32,000 bases of DNA, taken from positions 1,830,001 through 1,862,000 of the forward strand of contig NZ_CP030918.1 in NCBI RefSeq assembly GCF_003324675.1, in the 5' to 3' direction. Positions 1 through 9,505 of this stretch are shown here, in pieces. The position numbers and the translations under genes are program-made. The stretch comes from Paracoccus suum (lineage in GTDB: Bacteria > Pseudomonadota > Alphaproteobacteria > Rhodobacterales > Rhodobacteraceae). Under the pieces are notes generated by a model that did not search any database, was not told the origin of the DNA, and worked only from the letters and a program-made list of their open reading frames with translations. Position 1 is the stretch's first letter, and every line of letters starts with the position of its first letter.

Positions 1-700
1 CCACGAAATCGTAGCTGCCAAGAGAGGTGCCGGCCTCGATCAACTCTGCTGCCAGCTTCAACTCGGGCCGCCCCTTGTGCTCCTCGGTGCCGACATTCAG
101 CAAGCCGACGCGCGGACGCTCCAGCCCCAGGCCGTTGCGGGCGTAGCTGGCGCCCATCATCGCATATTGCGCCAGATCGGGCGCATCGGCGCGGATATCG
201 GCGCCGACGTCCAGCATGACGTTGAAGCCCTGCGGATTGCGCGATGGCCACAGGCACGCGATGGCGGGGCGGTTGATCCCGGGCAGCTTGCGCAGGCGGA
301 TCATCGACAGCGCCATCAGCGCGCCGGTATTGCCGCAACTGACGCAGGCCGTTGCCTCGCCAGCGCGGACCGAATCGATCGCCGACCACATCGAAGTGCC
401 TTCGCCCTTGCGCATCACCTGGCTGGGCTTGTCCTGCATGGTGACGACCCCTGGGGCGTCGCGCAGATCGCAGCGGTCCGCCAAGTCGCGGCGGCGCCCG
501 ATCAGGCGCTGCAATTCCGCGGCGGGGCCGTGGACGATAAATCGAAGATCGGGGTTCTTGGCTGCGCTTTCAGCCATGCCTGCGACCACGACGGCGGGAC
601 CACGGTCGCCGCCCATGGCGTCGACCGAAATCACCACATTGCCGCCGCTTGCGGCAGTACGCGCGGCCGCCGGGCGGCCCGACGCGTCACCGATCGTCAT
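1..700 (-). CDS. plsX: phosphate acyltransferase PlsX (3' end cut by window edge)
   Basis: My own reverse-strand translation from the ATG at 700-698 gives MTIGDASGRPAAARTAASGGNVVISVDAMGGDRGPAVVVAGMAESAAKNPDLRFIVHGP..., with the PlsX N-terminal SVDAMGGD-GP motif. It lies 27 nt downstream of rpmF, matching the conserved rpmF-plsX arrangement. It is absent from the ORF track because no stop falls inside the window. Confidence 0.85.
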   Translation of the reverse strand, partial: MTIGDASGRPAAARTAASGGNVVISVDAMGGDRGPAVVVAGMAESAAKNPDLRFIVHGPAAELQRLIGRRRDLADRCDLRDAPGVVTMQDKPSQVMRKGEGTSMWSAIDSVRAGEATACVSCGNTGALMALSMIRLRKLPGINRPAIACLWPSRNPQGFNVMLDVGADIRADAPDLAQYAMMGASYARNGLGLERPRVGLLNVGTEEHKGRPELKLAAELIEAGTSLGSYDFV

Positions 701-727
701 ATCAAACCCCTCTTAGCGCGGCAGCGC

Positions 728-934
728 TCAGGCGGCGTCGTCGTCCAGGTCAACGGCGGCGGCCTGCGCGACAACTTCGCGATCCGCGTAATGGCCGCAG
801 GACGGGCAGACGTGGTGCGGGCGCTTCAGCTCGCCACAGTTTGAGCATTCGTTCGGGTTCGCAGCAACCAGCGAATCATGCGCGCGGCGCATGTTGCGCT
901 TGGAGCGGGTGACGCGGTTCTGTGGGACGGCCAT
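728..934 (-). CDS. rpmF: 50S ribosomal protein L32
   Basis: The ORF 728..976(-) contains [22 protein letters not shown]...[18 protein letters not shown], the canonical L32 N-terminus and zinc-ribbon cysteines. I trimmed the start to the ATG at 934-932 (MAVPQNR). Confidence 0.95.
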   Translation of the reverse strand: MAVPQNRVTRSKRNMRRAHDSLVAANPNECSNCGELKRPHHVCPSCGHYADREVVAQAAAVDLDDDAA

Positions 935-1232
935 GTCGCAACCTCGGTCTGGGGCAGGGCCGTCTGGCCGCTGCAAAGTCTATGATTCGGGACCGACGCG
1001 CCAAGCGGACGCGCGGACCTCAGACAGCCCAGGGACGGGTGAGGGGCGGGTCACGGCGCTGGCCCGCCGGTCGATGAAGCGGGGAAAATAGCCAAAATCA
1101 CGCCAGACGCAAGATGTAACTGCGCCCGGATTTCACCCCGCCGCCATTCGGCGTCTGATATTCCAGCCTGCATCTGGACCCGCGCGCCGGCAAGACCTAT
1201 ATCTTTGCTCGGAAATCACAGGACGCGCGCAC

Positions 1233-1607
1233 ATGAACCTATCCCCCGCCGCGCCGGCAGCGCCTGCCGAGGGCGCCCCGCTGATCGAGCCTTCGACCGT
1301 CGACCACCCCCTCTACGATAGCATCGTCGAGGCTTGCCGCTCGGTCTATGACCCGGAAATCCCGGTCAATATCTTTGACCTTGGACTGATCTACACCATC
1401 GTCGTGAACGACGCGGCCGAGGTCATGATCCGCATGACGCTGACCGCACCCGGCTGCCCAGTCGCCGGCGAGATGCCGGGCTGGGTCGCCGATGCGGTGA
1501 ACGCCATCCCGGGCGTCAAGCAGGTCGACGTTCATATGACGTTCGAGCCGCAATGGGGCATGGACATGATGTCGGACGAGGCGCGGCTGGAACTGGGCTT
1601 CATGTAA
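1233..1607 (+). CDS. Fe-S assembly protein, DUF59/SufT (MIP18) family
   Basis: 124 aa. The stretch YDPEIPVNIFDLGLIY...MTLTAPGCPVAGEM is typical of DUF59 SufT/PaaD-like proteins. The ATG at 1233 was confirmed in the sequence. Confidence 0.8.
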   Translation: MNLSPAAPAAPAEGAPLIEPSTVDHPLYDSIVEACRSVYDPEIPVNIFDLGLIYTIVVNDAAEVMIRMTLTAPGCPVAGEMPGWVADAVNAIPGVKQVDVHMTFEPQWGMDMMSDEARLELGFM

Positions 1608-1688
1608 CGCCTCTTCGCGGGCGGTCCCGCTTGAGCGGCGGCCGCGGCGTCCCTACATCTGGCCCGAGTTGAAGAAAGGCCCTGCGGC

Positions 1689-2060
1689 ATGTTTTCGATC
1701 CCCGGCAAGACCCCCGTGACGGTGACCCAGGCGGCCGAGGCGCGAATCGCCCGGCTGATGGAGGACAAGCAGGCATTCGCGCTGCGCATCGGCCTGAAAA
1801 AGGGCGGCTGCGCGGGGATGGAATACACGATGGAGCTGGCCGAGGCCGCCGCGCCCGGTGACGAGGCGATCGAGCAGGGCGCCGCCCGCGTCTTGATCGC
1901 GCCCACGGCGCAGATGTTCCTCTTCGGCACCGAGATCGATTACGAGAGCGGGATGCTCGACAGCGGCTTTCGCTTTCGCAACCCGAACGTCACCGACAGC
2001 TGTGGCTGCGGCGAATCCGTGAACTTCGCCCCGATCGAGGGCGCGCGCGCTGGCAGCTGA
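1689..2060 (+). CDS. A-type iron-sulfur cluster carrier (HesB/IscA/SufA family)
   Basis: 123 aa. GGCAGMEY and the C-terminal NPNVTDSCGCGESV match the C-X(n)-CGC signature of A-type carriers. Confidence 0.85.
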   Translation: MFSIPGKTPVTVTQAAEARIARLMEDKQAFALRIGLKKGGCAGMEYTMELAEAAAPGDEAIEQGAARVLIAPTAQMFLFGTEIDYESGMLDSGFRFRNPNVTDSCGCGESVNFAPIEGARAGS

Positions 2061-2139
2061 CCGCTGTTGCGGCCGGCTGTCGGTTGATCCCGGGGCACCG
2101 GCCGTCTAACCCCACCTGCGCAACATGGTGGGGATCGAC

Positions 2140-2865
2140 ATGAAAAAGCTTGCCGCTGGAAACTGGAAGATGAACGGCACCCGTGCCGCGTTGGCCGAGG
2201 TCGATGGCCTCGGCTCGGACCGGGTCGAGGTGCTGATCTGTCCGCCAGCCACGCTGATCGCCCCGCTGGCAGATCGCGGCTCGCGGGTTCTGGTCGGCGG
2301 GCAGGACTGCGATGCGCGCGCCGAGGGCGCCCATACCGGCGACATCGCGGCCGCCCAGTTGCTGGACGCGGGCGCCAGCCATGTCATCCTCGGACACTCG
2401 GAAAGGCGCGCCGATCACGGCGAGACGGATGCCCAGGTTGCGGCGAAGGCCGTAGCCGCGCACCAAGCCGGCCTTGTCACCATCATCTGCGTCGGCGAAA
2501 CCGAGGCGCAGCGCGACGCCGGCGAAACGCTGGCGGTGATCGCCGCGCAGCTTGCAGGCTCGGTTCCCGATTGTGCGACCGCAACCAACACCGTCGTCGC
2601 CTATGAGCCGGTCTGGGCCATCGGCACCGGGCGCACCGCCGATGCCAGCCAGATCGCCGAGGTTCATGGGGCGATGCGCCAAACGCTCGCGGCGCGCTTT
2701 GCCGACGCGGATGGCATGCGGCTGCTCTATGGCGGTTCGGTCAAGGCAGGGAATGCGGCAGAGATTTTTGCGATTCCCAATGTCGATGGCGCGCTGGTCG
2801 GCGGTGCGAGCCTGAAGGCCGCGGATTTCTCGCCGATCATCGCAGCGCTGGAAGCGGCGCAGTAG
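2140..2865 (+). CDS. tpiA: triosephosphate isomerase
   Basis: [14 protein letters not shown]..., [18 protein letters not shown] and LVGGASL are TIM motifs. I chose the ATG at 2140. An in-frame ATG at 2125 is an alternative start. Confidence 0.93.
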   Translation: MKKLAAGNWKMNGTRAALAEVDGLGSDRVEVLICPPATLIAPLADRGSRVLVGGQDCDARAEGAHTGDIAAAQLLDAGASHVILGHSERRADHGETDAQVAAKAVAAHQAGLVTIICVGETEAQRDAGETLAVIAAQLAGSVPDCATATNTVVAYEPVWAIGTGRTADASQIAEVHGAMRQTLAARFADADGMRLLYGGSVKAGNAAEIFAIPNVDGALVGGASLKAADFSPIIAALEAAQ

Positions 2866-2874
2866 CGCGCCGAA

Positions 2875-3558
2875 TCAGCGATCCGCGAACAGAGCAGGCC
2901 GATCCGTACCGACCCAGTCGATGGCCGGGCGGCCTTGCGCCGTCAGCCAGTCATTCACCCGGCTGAAGGGGCGCGAGCCGAAAAAGCCGCGACGCGCTGA
3001 CAGCGGCGAGGGATGGGCGCTGGCGAGCACCAGATCCTGCGGCCGTGCCAACCCGCGCGCCACGCCCTGCGCGTGGCCGCCCCACAGCACGAAGGCGATG
3101 GGGCCGCCTCGCTGCGCCGCGTCAATCACCTGGCTCGCCAGCCCGCTCCACCCCAGGCGGGCGTGGCTGCCGGCATCGCCCGGCCCGACCGATAGTGCGG
3201 TATTCAGCAGCAGCACCCCCTGCGCGGCCCAATGCCCCAAATATCCATCCGCCGGCGCGGCGCCCAGATCGTCGCGCATCTCGGCATAAATATTTCTCAG
3301 CGAGCGCGGCAACGGCGCCTGCGGTGCGACCGAAAAGGCCAGCCCGTCGGCATGGCCCGGCGTGGGGTAGGGGTCCTGCCCAAGGATCACCACTCGCACA
3401 TCTCGGGGCGAGACGGCCTGCAGGGCGGCGAACACCCGATCCGGGCCGGGCAGCCATTGCGTCCCAGCCAAATGCGCGGCGATCCGCGGCCAGTCGGCCT
3501 GAAAGAAGGGCAGATGGGCCCATGCCGGGGGCGGAGCGGGGGTCGGTGATGGCGTCAC
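2875..3558 (-). CDS. ung: uracil-DNA glycosylase, family 1
   Basis: VVILGQDPYPTPGHADGLAFSV, LLLNTALSV and HPSPLSA are UNG motifs. The start codon is GTG (revcomp of 3556-3558), preceded by GGAG about 7 nt upstream. There is no in-frame ATG near the N-terminus. Confidence 0.9.
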   Translation of the reverse strand: MTPSPTPAPPPAWAHLPFFQADWPRIAAHLAGTQWLPGPDRVFAALQAVSPRDVRVVILGQDPYPTPGHADGLAFSVAPQAPLPRSLRNIYAEMRDDLGAAPADGYLGHWAAQGVLLLNTALSVGPGDAGSHARLGWSGLASQVIDAAQRGGPIAFVLWGGHAQGVARGLARPQDLVLASAHPSPLSARRGFFGSRPFSRVNDWLTAQGRPAIDWVGTDRPALFADR

Positions 3559-3600
3559 GGAACGCTCCGCTGATAGGCCGGGCGAGCCGGGCAGGGCGGT

Positions 3601-4619
<1,019 letters not shown>

Positions 4620-4623
<4 letters not shown>

Positions 4624-5213
4624 GCGGCAACCGGCGCCTGGTGCTGGCACCGGCTGAGGAAGGTATCGATCATCGTGCGGCCACCTTCGCTGGCGATGCT
4701 TTCGGGATGGAACTGCACGCCCTCGATCGGCAACTTGCGGTGCATCAGGCCCATGATGGTGCCGTCATCTGTGCGCGCCGTGATCTCGAGGCAATTGGGC
4801 AGGCTGGTCGGATCGACCGCCAGCGAATGATAGCGCGTGGCCGTCAGGGGGTCGGGCAGCCCGGCAAAGAGGCCGCGACCGTCGTGGCGAATGGCGTCGG
4901 TCTTGCCGTGGACCGCGCGCACCGCCCGTACCACCTTGCCGCCGAACGCCTCGCCAATCGCCTGATGCCCCAGGCAGACGCCCAGCAGTGGCACCCGCGC
5001 CTCGGCCGCGGCGCGGATCAGGGACACGCAAATGCCGGCGCGGGCGGGATCGCACGGCCCGGGAGAGATCACGATTCCGTCCGCGCCCAGGGCCATCGCC
5101 TCGTCAACGCTCAGCGCGTCGTTGCGGTGCAAAGCGATCTCCGCCCCGGCCTCGCCCAGCAGGTGGACGAGGTTCCAGGTGAAGCTGTCGTAGTTGTCGA
5201 TCAGCAGGATCAT
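4620..5213 (-). CDS. trpG: anthranilate synthase component II (glutamine amidotransferase, TrpG/PabA type)
   Basis: [16 protein letters not shown]..., [10 protein letters not shown] and GVQFHPES form the class-I GATase triad context. It is coupled to trpD by an ATGA overlap. Confidence 0.92.
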
Positions 5214-5331
5214 GCGCGTCCGCTTTTGTCAGAGGCTATACCCCGGCGGGGTCGTCGGTATAAATGGTCCGAAGCGCGCGGGGGGGTCAAGCCTGCCAGA
5301 TAGCGCGACGAATGGGACAAGGCAGGACGGA

Positions 5332-6357
5332 ATGGCGGGTTTCGGGGGCGGACTGATGCAGGGCGCGCTGCTCTGCGGGGCGACGCTTGCCGCGCTGTCG
5401 CTTGCGCTGCCGCAGCCCACCTTGACTGAGGCCGCTGCGGTGGCGCCGCGCGTGACCGGCGAGATGCCAAAGGGTCCGCCGCGCGACGAGACGCCGCCCG
5501 TGCCAGCGGCCGCCGGGATGGCGCTTACTGCACCGGCGGGGGCTAGCACCGCGCCGCCTTCGCAGGCCATCGACCGCCCCTTACCCGGGGCCGCCGGGCC
5601 GGTGGCCGAGCCGGCCGCGCCTGCAGCGATCGGCGAGGCGTTGGACCGCGCGCCTACCGCGCCGGGCAGCCTTGCAGCAAATCCGCCGCGCCCCGTGCCC
5701 GGCCGACCGTTACCCGCCCCGCGTGGCGAAACCTTGCCGCAGCGTGCCGTCGCCGAGGCCGACTCGCGCCCCGCCCCCATGGACGAGCCGTCGCAGGAGG
5801 GCCTGCCCGCCGCTACCGGTAGCGCCCCGGCGCTTCCGCAGACTCCTCGGTCGGATGCGCCCGCAATACAGCAGGCTGCGCTGTCGCCGCTCTCCACCCC
5901 CGCAGGCGAGCGGGCGCCCGTGATCATCGCCAGCCCTTCGCCGCAAACGGCTGGGGCGGAGAGTCGTGAAGTTGGGGCGGCTCCTCCGGCTGCTCGGATG
6001 CCCGATGCATTGCCCGCCGCTGTGAACGAACGGCCGCCGCAGACGCAGAACAGTGCCGCCGGGCAGGGTAATAACGCCTCCGATGCCGTCCCGGCCGTGA
6101 CTGGCGATCCGGCGTCCTCAACGCCCGTGACGAATACGGCACCAGAGACCCCGCCGACATGGACCGACAATACCCAGATGGCCGTGGCCGAGGCGCCAGT
6201 TCAGCCGGCAGCAATCGCCCCCGCCGCGCAAGCCTCCCCGCTGACCATTCCGCAGCGAGCGATCAGCCCCGCCGCGCCTCACAAAACTTACCCCGCCCCG
6301 GATCTGGCGCTGCCGCCGGACCTTCCCGCCCTTCTCGAACCGAGGCAGATGCCGTGA
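5332..6357 (+). CDS. hypothetical Pro/Ala-rich low-complexity protein with N-terminal hydrophobic (signal/anchor) segment
   Basis: The ATG at 5332 is preceded by AGGACGGA. The N-terminus MAGFGGGLMQGALLCGATLAALSLALP is followed by about 310 aa of P/A/T/S-rich sequence with no recognisable domain. Third codon positions are mostly G/C in this frame. Its TGA overlaps the GTG start of the next gene (GTGA). A 313-aa ORF on the opposite strand looks like a shadow. Confidence 0.5.
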   Translation: MAGFGGGLMQGALLCGATLAALSLALPQPTLTEAAAVAPRVTGEMPKGPPRDETPPVPAAAGMALTAPAGASTAPPSQAIDRPLPGAAGPVAEPAAPAAIGEALDRAPTAPGSLAANPPRPVPGRPLPAPRGETLPQRAVAEADSRPAPMDEPSQEGLPAATGSAPALPQTPRSDAPAIQQAALSPLSTPAGERAPVIIASPSPQTAGAESREVGAAPPAARMPDALPAAVNERPPQTQNSAAGQGNNASDAVPAVTGDPASSTPVTNTAPETPPTWTDNTQMAVAEAPVQPAAIAPAAQASPLTIPQRAISPAAPHKTYPAPDLALPPDLPALLEPRQMP

Positions 6358-7583
6358 CCGCAACCCCGACACCGCTGAACCCCTCCGTTGCCGGCACCTT
6401 CCGCCCGCCGATCATGGAGGCGCGTGGCTGGATGGCCGAGGCGGATGCGGCGACGCTCGCTCGCCTGATCAACGTCAGCCAGGCCGCGCCGATCGATCCC
6501 CCGCCCGAGGGATTGCGCCACGCGCTGGCCGATGCCGCGCTGAACCGCCCCGAGGCGCATCTTTACGGCCCGGTCCTCGGCAATGACCCCCTGCGCGCGG
6601 CGCTGGCGGCGCGCTGGTCTGAACGGTCGGGCGGTGCGATCACCGCCGAGAACGTCGCCATCACCCAGGGATGCAACCAGGCGTTCTGTGCGGTGATGGC
6701 CACCCTCGTTGGCGCGGGGGACGAGGTCATCATTCCGGTGCCGTGGTACTTCAATCACAAGATGTGGCTCGACATGCAGGGCGCCCGCGCCGTGCCGCTC
6801 AGTTGTCCTCAGGATATGGTCCCGCGGCCGGAGGATGCCGCAGCGCTGATCACTCCGCGCACCCGCGCCATCGTGCTGGTGACGCCGAACAACCCCTCCG
6901 GGGCGGAATACCCCGCGGGCATCCTGGCGGCGTTTCGCGATCTGGCGCGCCAGCATGGCATCGCGTTGGTGCTGGACGAGACCTATGCCGATTTCGACAG
7001 CCGGACCGAGCCAGGCGCCGCGCCGGTTCATGACCTGCTGCAGGACCCCGACTGGGGCCGCGATGTCATATCGCTCTACTCGTTTTCAAAGGCTTACCGC
7101 CTGACTGGCCACAGGGTCGGGGCGATCATCGCCTCGCCCGAGCGGCTGGTCGAGGTCGAGAAGTTTCTCGACACTGTCGCCATCTCTGCCTCGCAGATGG
7201 GCCAGATCGGGGCGCTCTGGGGGCTGGAGAACCTCGGCGACTGGCTCGCCGGTGAGCGGCGCGAGATCCTGGCGCGGCGCGACGCCATGGCGGCGGCACT
7301 GGGCGGCCTGCCCGGCTGGCGCCTGAAAGGCTGCGGCGCCTATTTCGCCTGGGCCGAGCATCCCTATGCCGAGGACAGCTCTACCCTCGCGCGGCGGCTT
7401 GTGCGCGAGGCCGGGCTGCTCCTGCTGCCGGGCACCATGTTCATGCCCGACGGCTCGGCCGAGGGCGCGCGCCATGTGCGCATTGCCTTTGCCAACGTGG
7501 ACCGAGCCGGCATCGCCGACATGGCGGCGCGCCTGGCCGATCTGGGCGGGGCGAGGCTTGTCGCTGGCGAGGCGCCTGCCTAA
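6354..7583 (+). CDS. PLP-dependent aminotransferase, class I/II
   Basis: LVTPNNPSGAEY and SFSKAYRLTGHRVG (PLP lysine) are fold-type-I aminotransferase motifs. The start is placed at GTG 6354, which is in frame and overlaps the upstream stop. A later ATG near 6412 cannot be excluded. Confidence 0.85.
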   Translation: MTATPTPLNPSVAGTFRPPIMEARGWMAEADAATLARLINVSQAAPIDPPPEGLRHALADAALNRPEAHLYGPVLGNDPLRAALAARWSERSGGAITAENVAITQGCNQAFCAVMATLVGAGDEVIIPVPWYFNHKMWLDMQGARAVPLSCPQDMVPRPEDAAALITPRTRAIVLVTPNNPSGAEYPAGILAAFRDLARQHGIALVLDETYADFDSRTEPGAAPVHDLLQDPDWGRDVISLYSFSKAYRLTGHRVGAIIASPERLVEVEKFLDTVAISASQMGQIGALWGLENLGDWLAGERREILARRDAMAAALGGLPGWRLKGCGAYFAWAEHPYAEDSSTLARRLVREAGLLLLPGTMFMPDGSAEGARHVRIAFANVDRAGIADMAARLADLGGARLVAGEAPA

Positions 7584-7660
7584 GACAGCGCAGACGCGCC
7601 CCCGCGCGCCCCACAGCGACCGCCTGACACGACGCCCGAGACCAGCCCGAGGACCCCATC

Positions 7661-9505
7661 ATGGCCATGACCCGCCGCGGCAAGTCCGCGATCAACTGGA
7701 TCCTCATGGGTTTCATCCTGCTCGGCCTTGGCGGCTGGGGGGTCAGCAACTTTACCGGCCCGAGCCAGGGCAGCATCGGTGCGGTCGGCAGTACCGAGAT
7801 CAAGGCCGCCGACTATGCCCGCGCCCTGCAGGCCGAGATGCGCAGCATCCAGTCGCAGACCGGCCAGCCGATGACGGCCGAGACCGCGCGCGCCATGGGC
7901 CTGCCGCAGTCGGTCCAGCAGCGTCTGATCACCGCCTCGGCGCTGGAGGAAGAGGCGCGCCAGATGGGCTTGTCGGTCGGAGATCGCCGCGTTGCCGACC
8001 AGATCATGGCAGCGCCCGCCTTCCAGGGGATCGGCGGCTTTGATCGTGCGCGCTACGCCGACACACTGCGCAACGAGCAGCTGTCCGAGCCGCAGTTCGA
8101 GCGTGACGTGCGCATGGACGAAGCGCGGCTGCTGCTGCAGCGCGCCGTCACCGGAGCCACCGCCGCCCCGGCCGGCGCAGTCGCCCAGACCACGCGCTGG
8201 CTGACCGAGACCCGCGATCTGACGTGGTCCGAGGTCACCGCGGATCAGCTGGATGGCCCGGTCACCGCCCCGGACGACGCCACGCTGCAGGCCTGGCACC
8301 AGGCCAATGCCAGCCGCTTTACCAAGCCCGAGACGCGCCACATCAGCTATGCCTGGCTGACGCCCGAGATGCTGGAAAACTCTGTCCAGTTGGACGAAAC
8401 CGCGCTGCGCCAGCTCTATGAAGAGCGCAAGGACGAGTTCCAGCAGCCCGAGCGGCGCATGGTTGACCGTCTGGTCTATCCCGATCAGGCGACGGCCGAG
8501 GCCGCCAAAGCGCGCCTCGACAAGGGCGAGGTCGATTTCGACGCCTTGGTGGCAGAGCGCGGCCTGACCCGGCAGGCGATCGACTTGGGCGAGGTGACGC
8601 AGGCCCAGTTGGGCGCTGCGGGCGCCGCGGTTTTTGCGACCGAAGGCAATGGCGTCGTGGGGCCAGTGCCCACCGATCTGGGGCCGGCGCTGTTTTCGGT
8701 GAATGCCATCCTCGATCCGGTGAACGTCGGCTTCGAGGCGGCCCAGACCGAGTTGCGCGCCGAAGCCGCCCTCGACAAGGCCAAGCGCGATATCGAGGGC
8801 CAGTCCGCGGCGATCAACGATCTCCTGGCCGGCGGCGCCAGCCTTGACGATCTGGCCAAGGAGACCCCGATGAAGCGCGGCGAGATCGACTGGCAGGAGG
8901 GGGAGACCCCCGCCGCCGGCTCGATCGCGACCTATCCGGCGTTCCGCACCCGGGTCGAGACCCTGACCGACAAGGACTATCCGGAGCTGTTCGAACTCGA
9001 CGATGGCGGCATTTTTGCCATGACTCTGACCAAGGTCACGCCCGCCGCCGTGATCCCCTTCGATCAGGTGCGCGATCGCGTGCTGGCCGACTGGACCACG
9101 ACCGAGACACACAAGCGCCTACTGGCGCTGGCCGACAAGCAGCGCCTTTCGGCGGAGGCCGAGGCCGGGCAGGCCGCTGGGACCAAGGCCCCCGGCCTTG
9201 GCCGCGACGGCGCCATCGACGGCGCGCCGGCAGCGGTCGTGACCGAAGGCTTTGCCCTGAAGGAAGCTGGCGACGGCGCCGTGGTGGATGCCGACGGGCG
9301 CGTGTTCATCGTCACCCTTGATGCGGTGCACGAGGCCGATCCCAAGGCCGACCAGACGGTTCAGGTCGCCTCGGCCGTCAGCAAGCGTCAGACGCAGACG
9401 CTGGCCGAGGATTACTTCGACTTTTACACCCGCGCGCTGGTCGACGAATTTGGGCTGCACCTGAACCAGCAGGCCGCGGCCGCCGTCGACGCACGGATGC
9501 AGTGA
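7661..9505 (+). CDS. PpiD-like periplasmic chaperone / peptidyl-prolyl isomerase (SurA N-terminal domain protein)
   Basis: 614 aa. The N-terminal anchor is KSAINWILMGFILLGLGGWGV, and length and composition fit PpiD-family proteins. GAGGA lies upstream of the ATG at 7661. Confidence 0.7.
   Translation: MAMTRRGKSAINWILMGFILLGLGGWGVSNFTGPSQGSIGAVGSTEIKAADYARALQAEMRSIQSQTGQPMTAETARAMGLPQSVQQRLITASALEEEARQMGLSVGDRRVADQIMAAPAFQGIGGFDRARYADTLRNEQLSEPQFERDVRMDEARLLLQRAVTGATAAPAGAVAQTTRWLTETRDLTWSEVTADQLDGPVTAPDDATLQAWHQANASRFTKPETRHISYAWLTPEMLENSVQLDETALRQLYEERKDEFQQPERRMVDRLVYPDQATAEAAKARLDKGEVDFDALVAERGLTRQAIDLGEVTQAQLGAAGAAVFATEGNGVVGPVPTDLGPALFSVNAILDPVNVGFEAAQTELRAEAALDKAKRDIEGQSAAINDLLAGGASLDDLAKETPMKRGEIDWQEGETPAAGSIATYPAFRTRVETLTDKDYPELFELDDGGIFAMTLTKVTPAAVIPFDQVRDRVLADWTTTETHKRLLALADKQRLSAEAEAGQAAGTKAPGLGRDGAIDGAPAAVVTEGFALKEAGDGAVVDADGRVFIVTLDAVHEADPKADQTVQVASAVSKRQTQTLAEDYFDFYTRALVDEFGLHLNQQAAAAVDARMQ

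Noticed and set aside
982-1077. Short ORFs in the 298-nt rpmF-upstream gap: a 31-aa ORF on the plus strand from ATG 982, and a 39-aa ORF on the minus strand.
   Set aside because: Neither has an SD. The plus-strand peptide is Arg-rich with junk-like composition, and the region is more simply the divergent promoter/leader DNA for rpmF and the DUF59 gene.
5214-5331. Tryptophan leader peptide/attenuator upstream of trpG, and likewise upstream of trpE at 9505.
   Set aside because: There is no short ORF with tandem TGG codons in the trpG leader. trpE has no leader because its start overlaps the upstream gene's stop.
5229-6170. 313-aa minus-strand ORF opposite the Pro/Ala-rich ORF.
   Set aside because: It is Gly/Ala/Ser/Cys-rich shadow-like sequence with no SD or signal features. 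The plus-strand frame has an SD, a hydrophobic N-terminus and a coupled stop/start with the next gene. Neither frame is proven.
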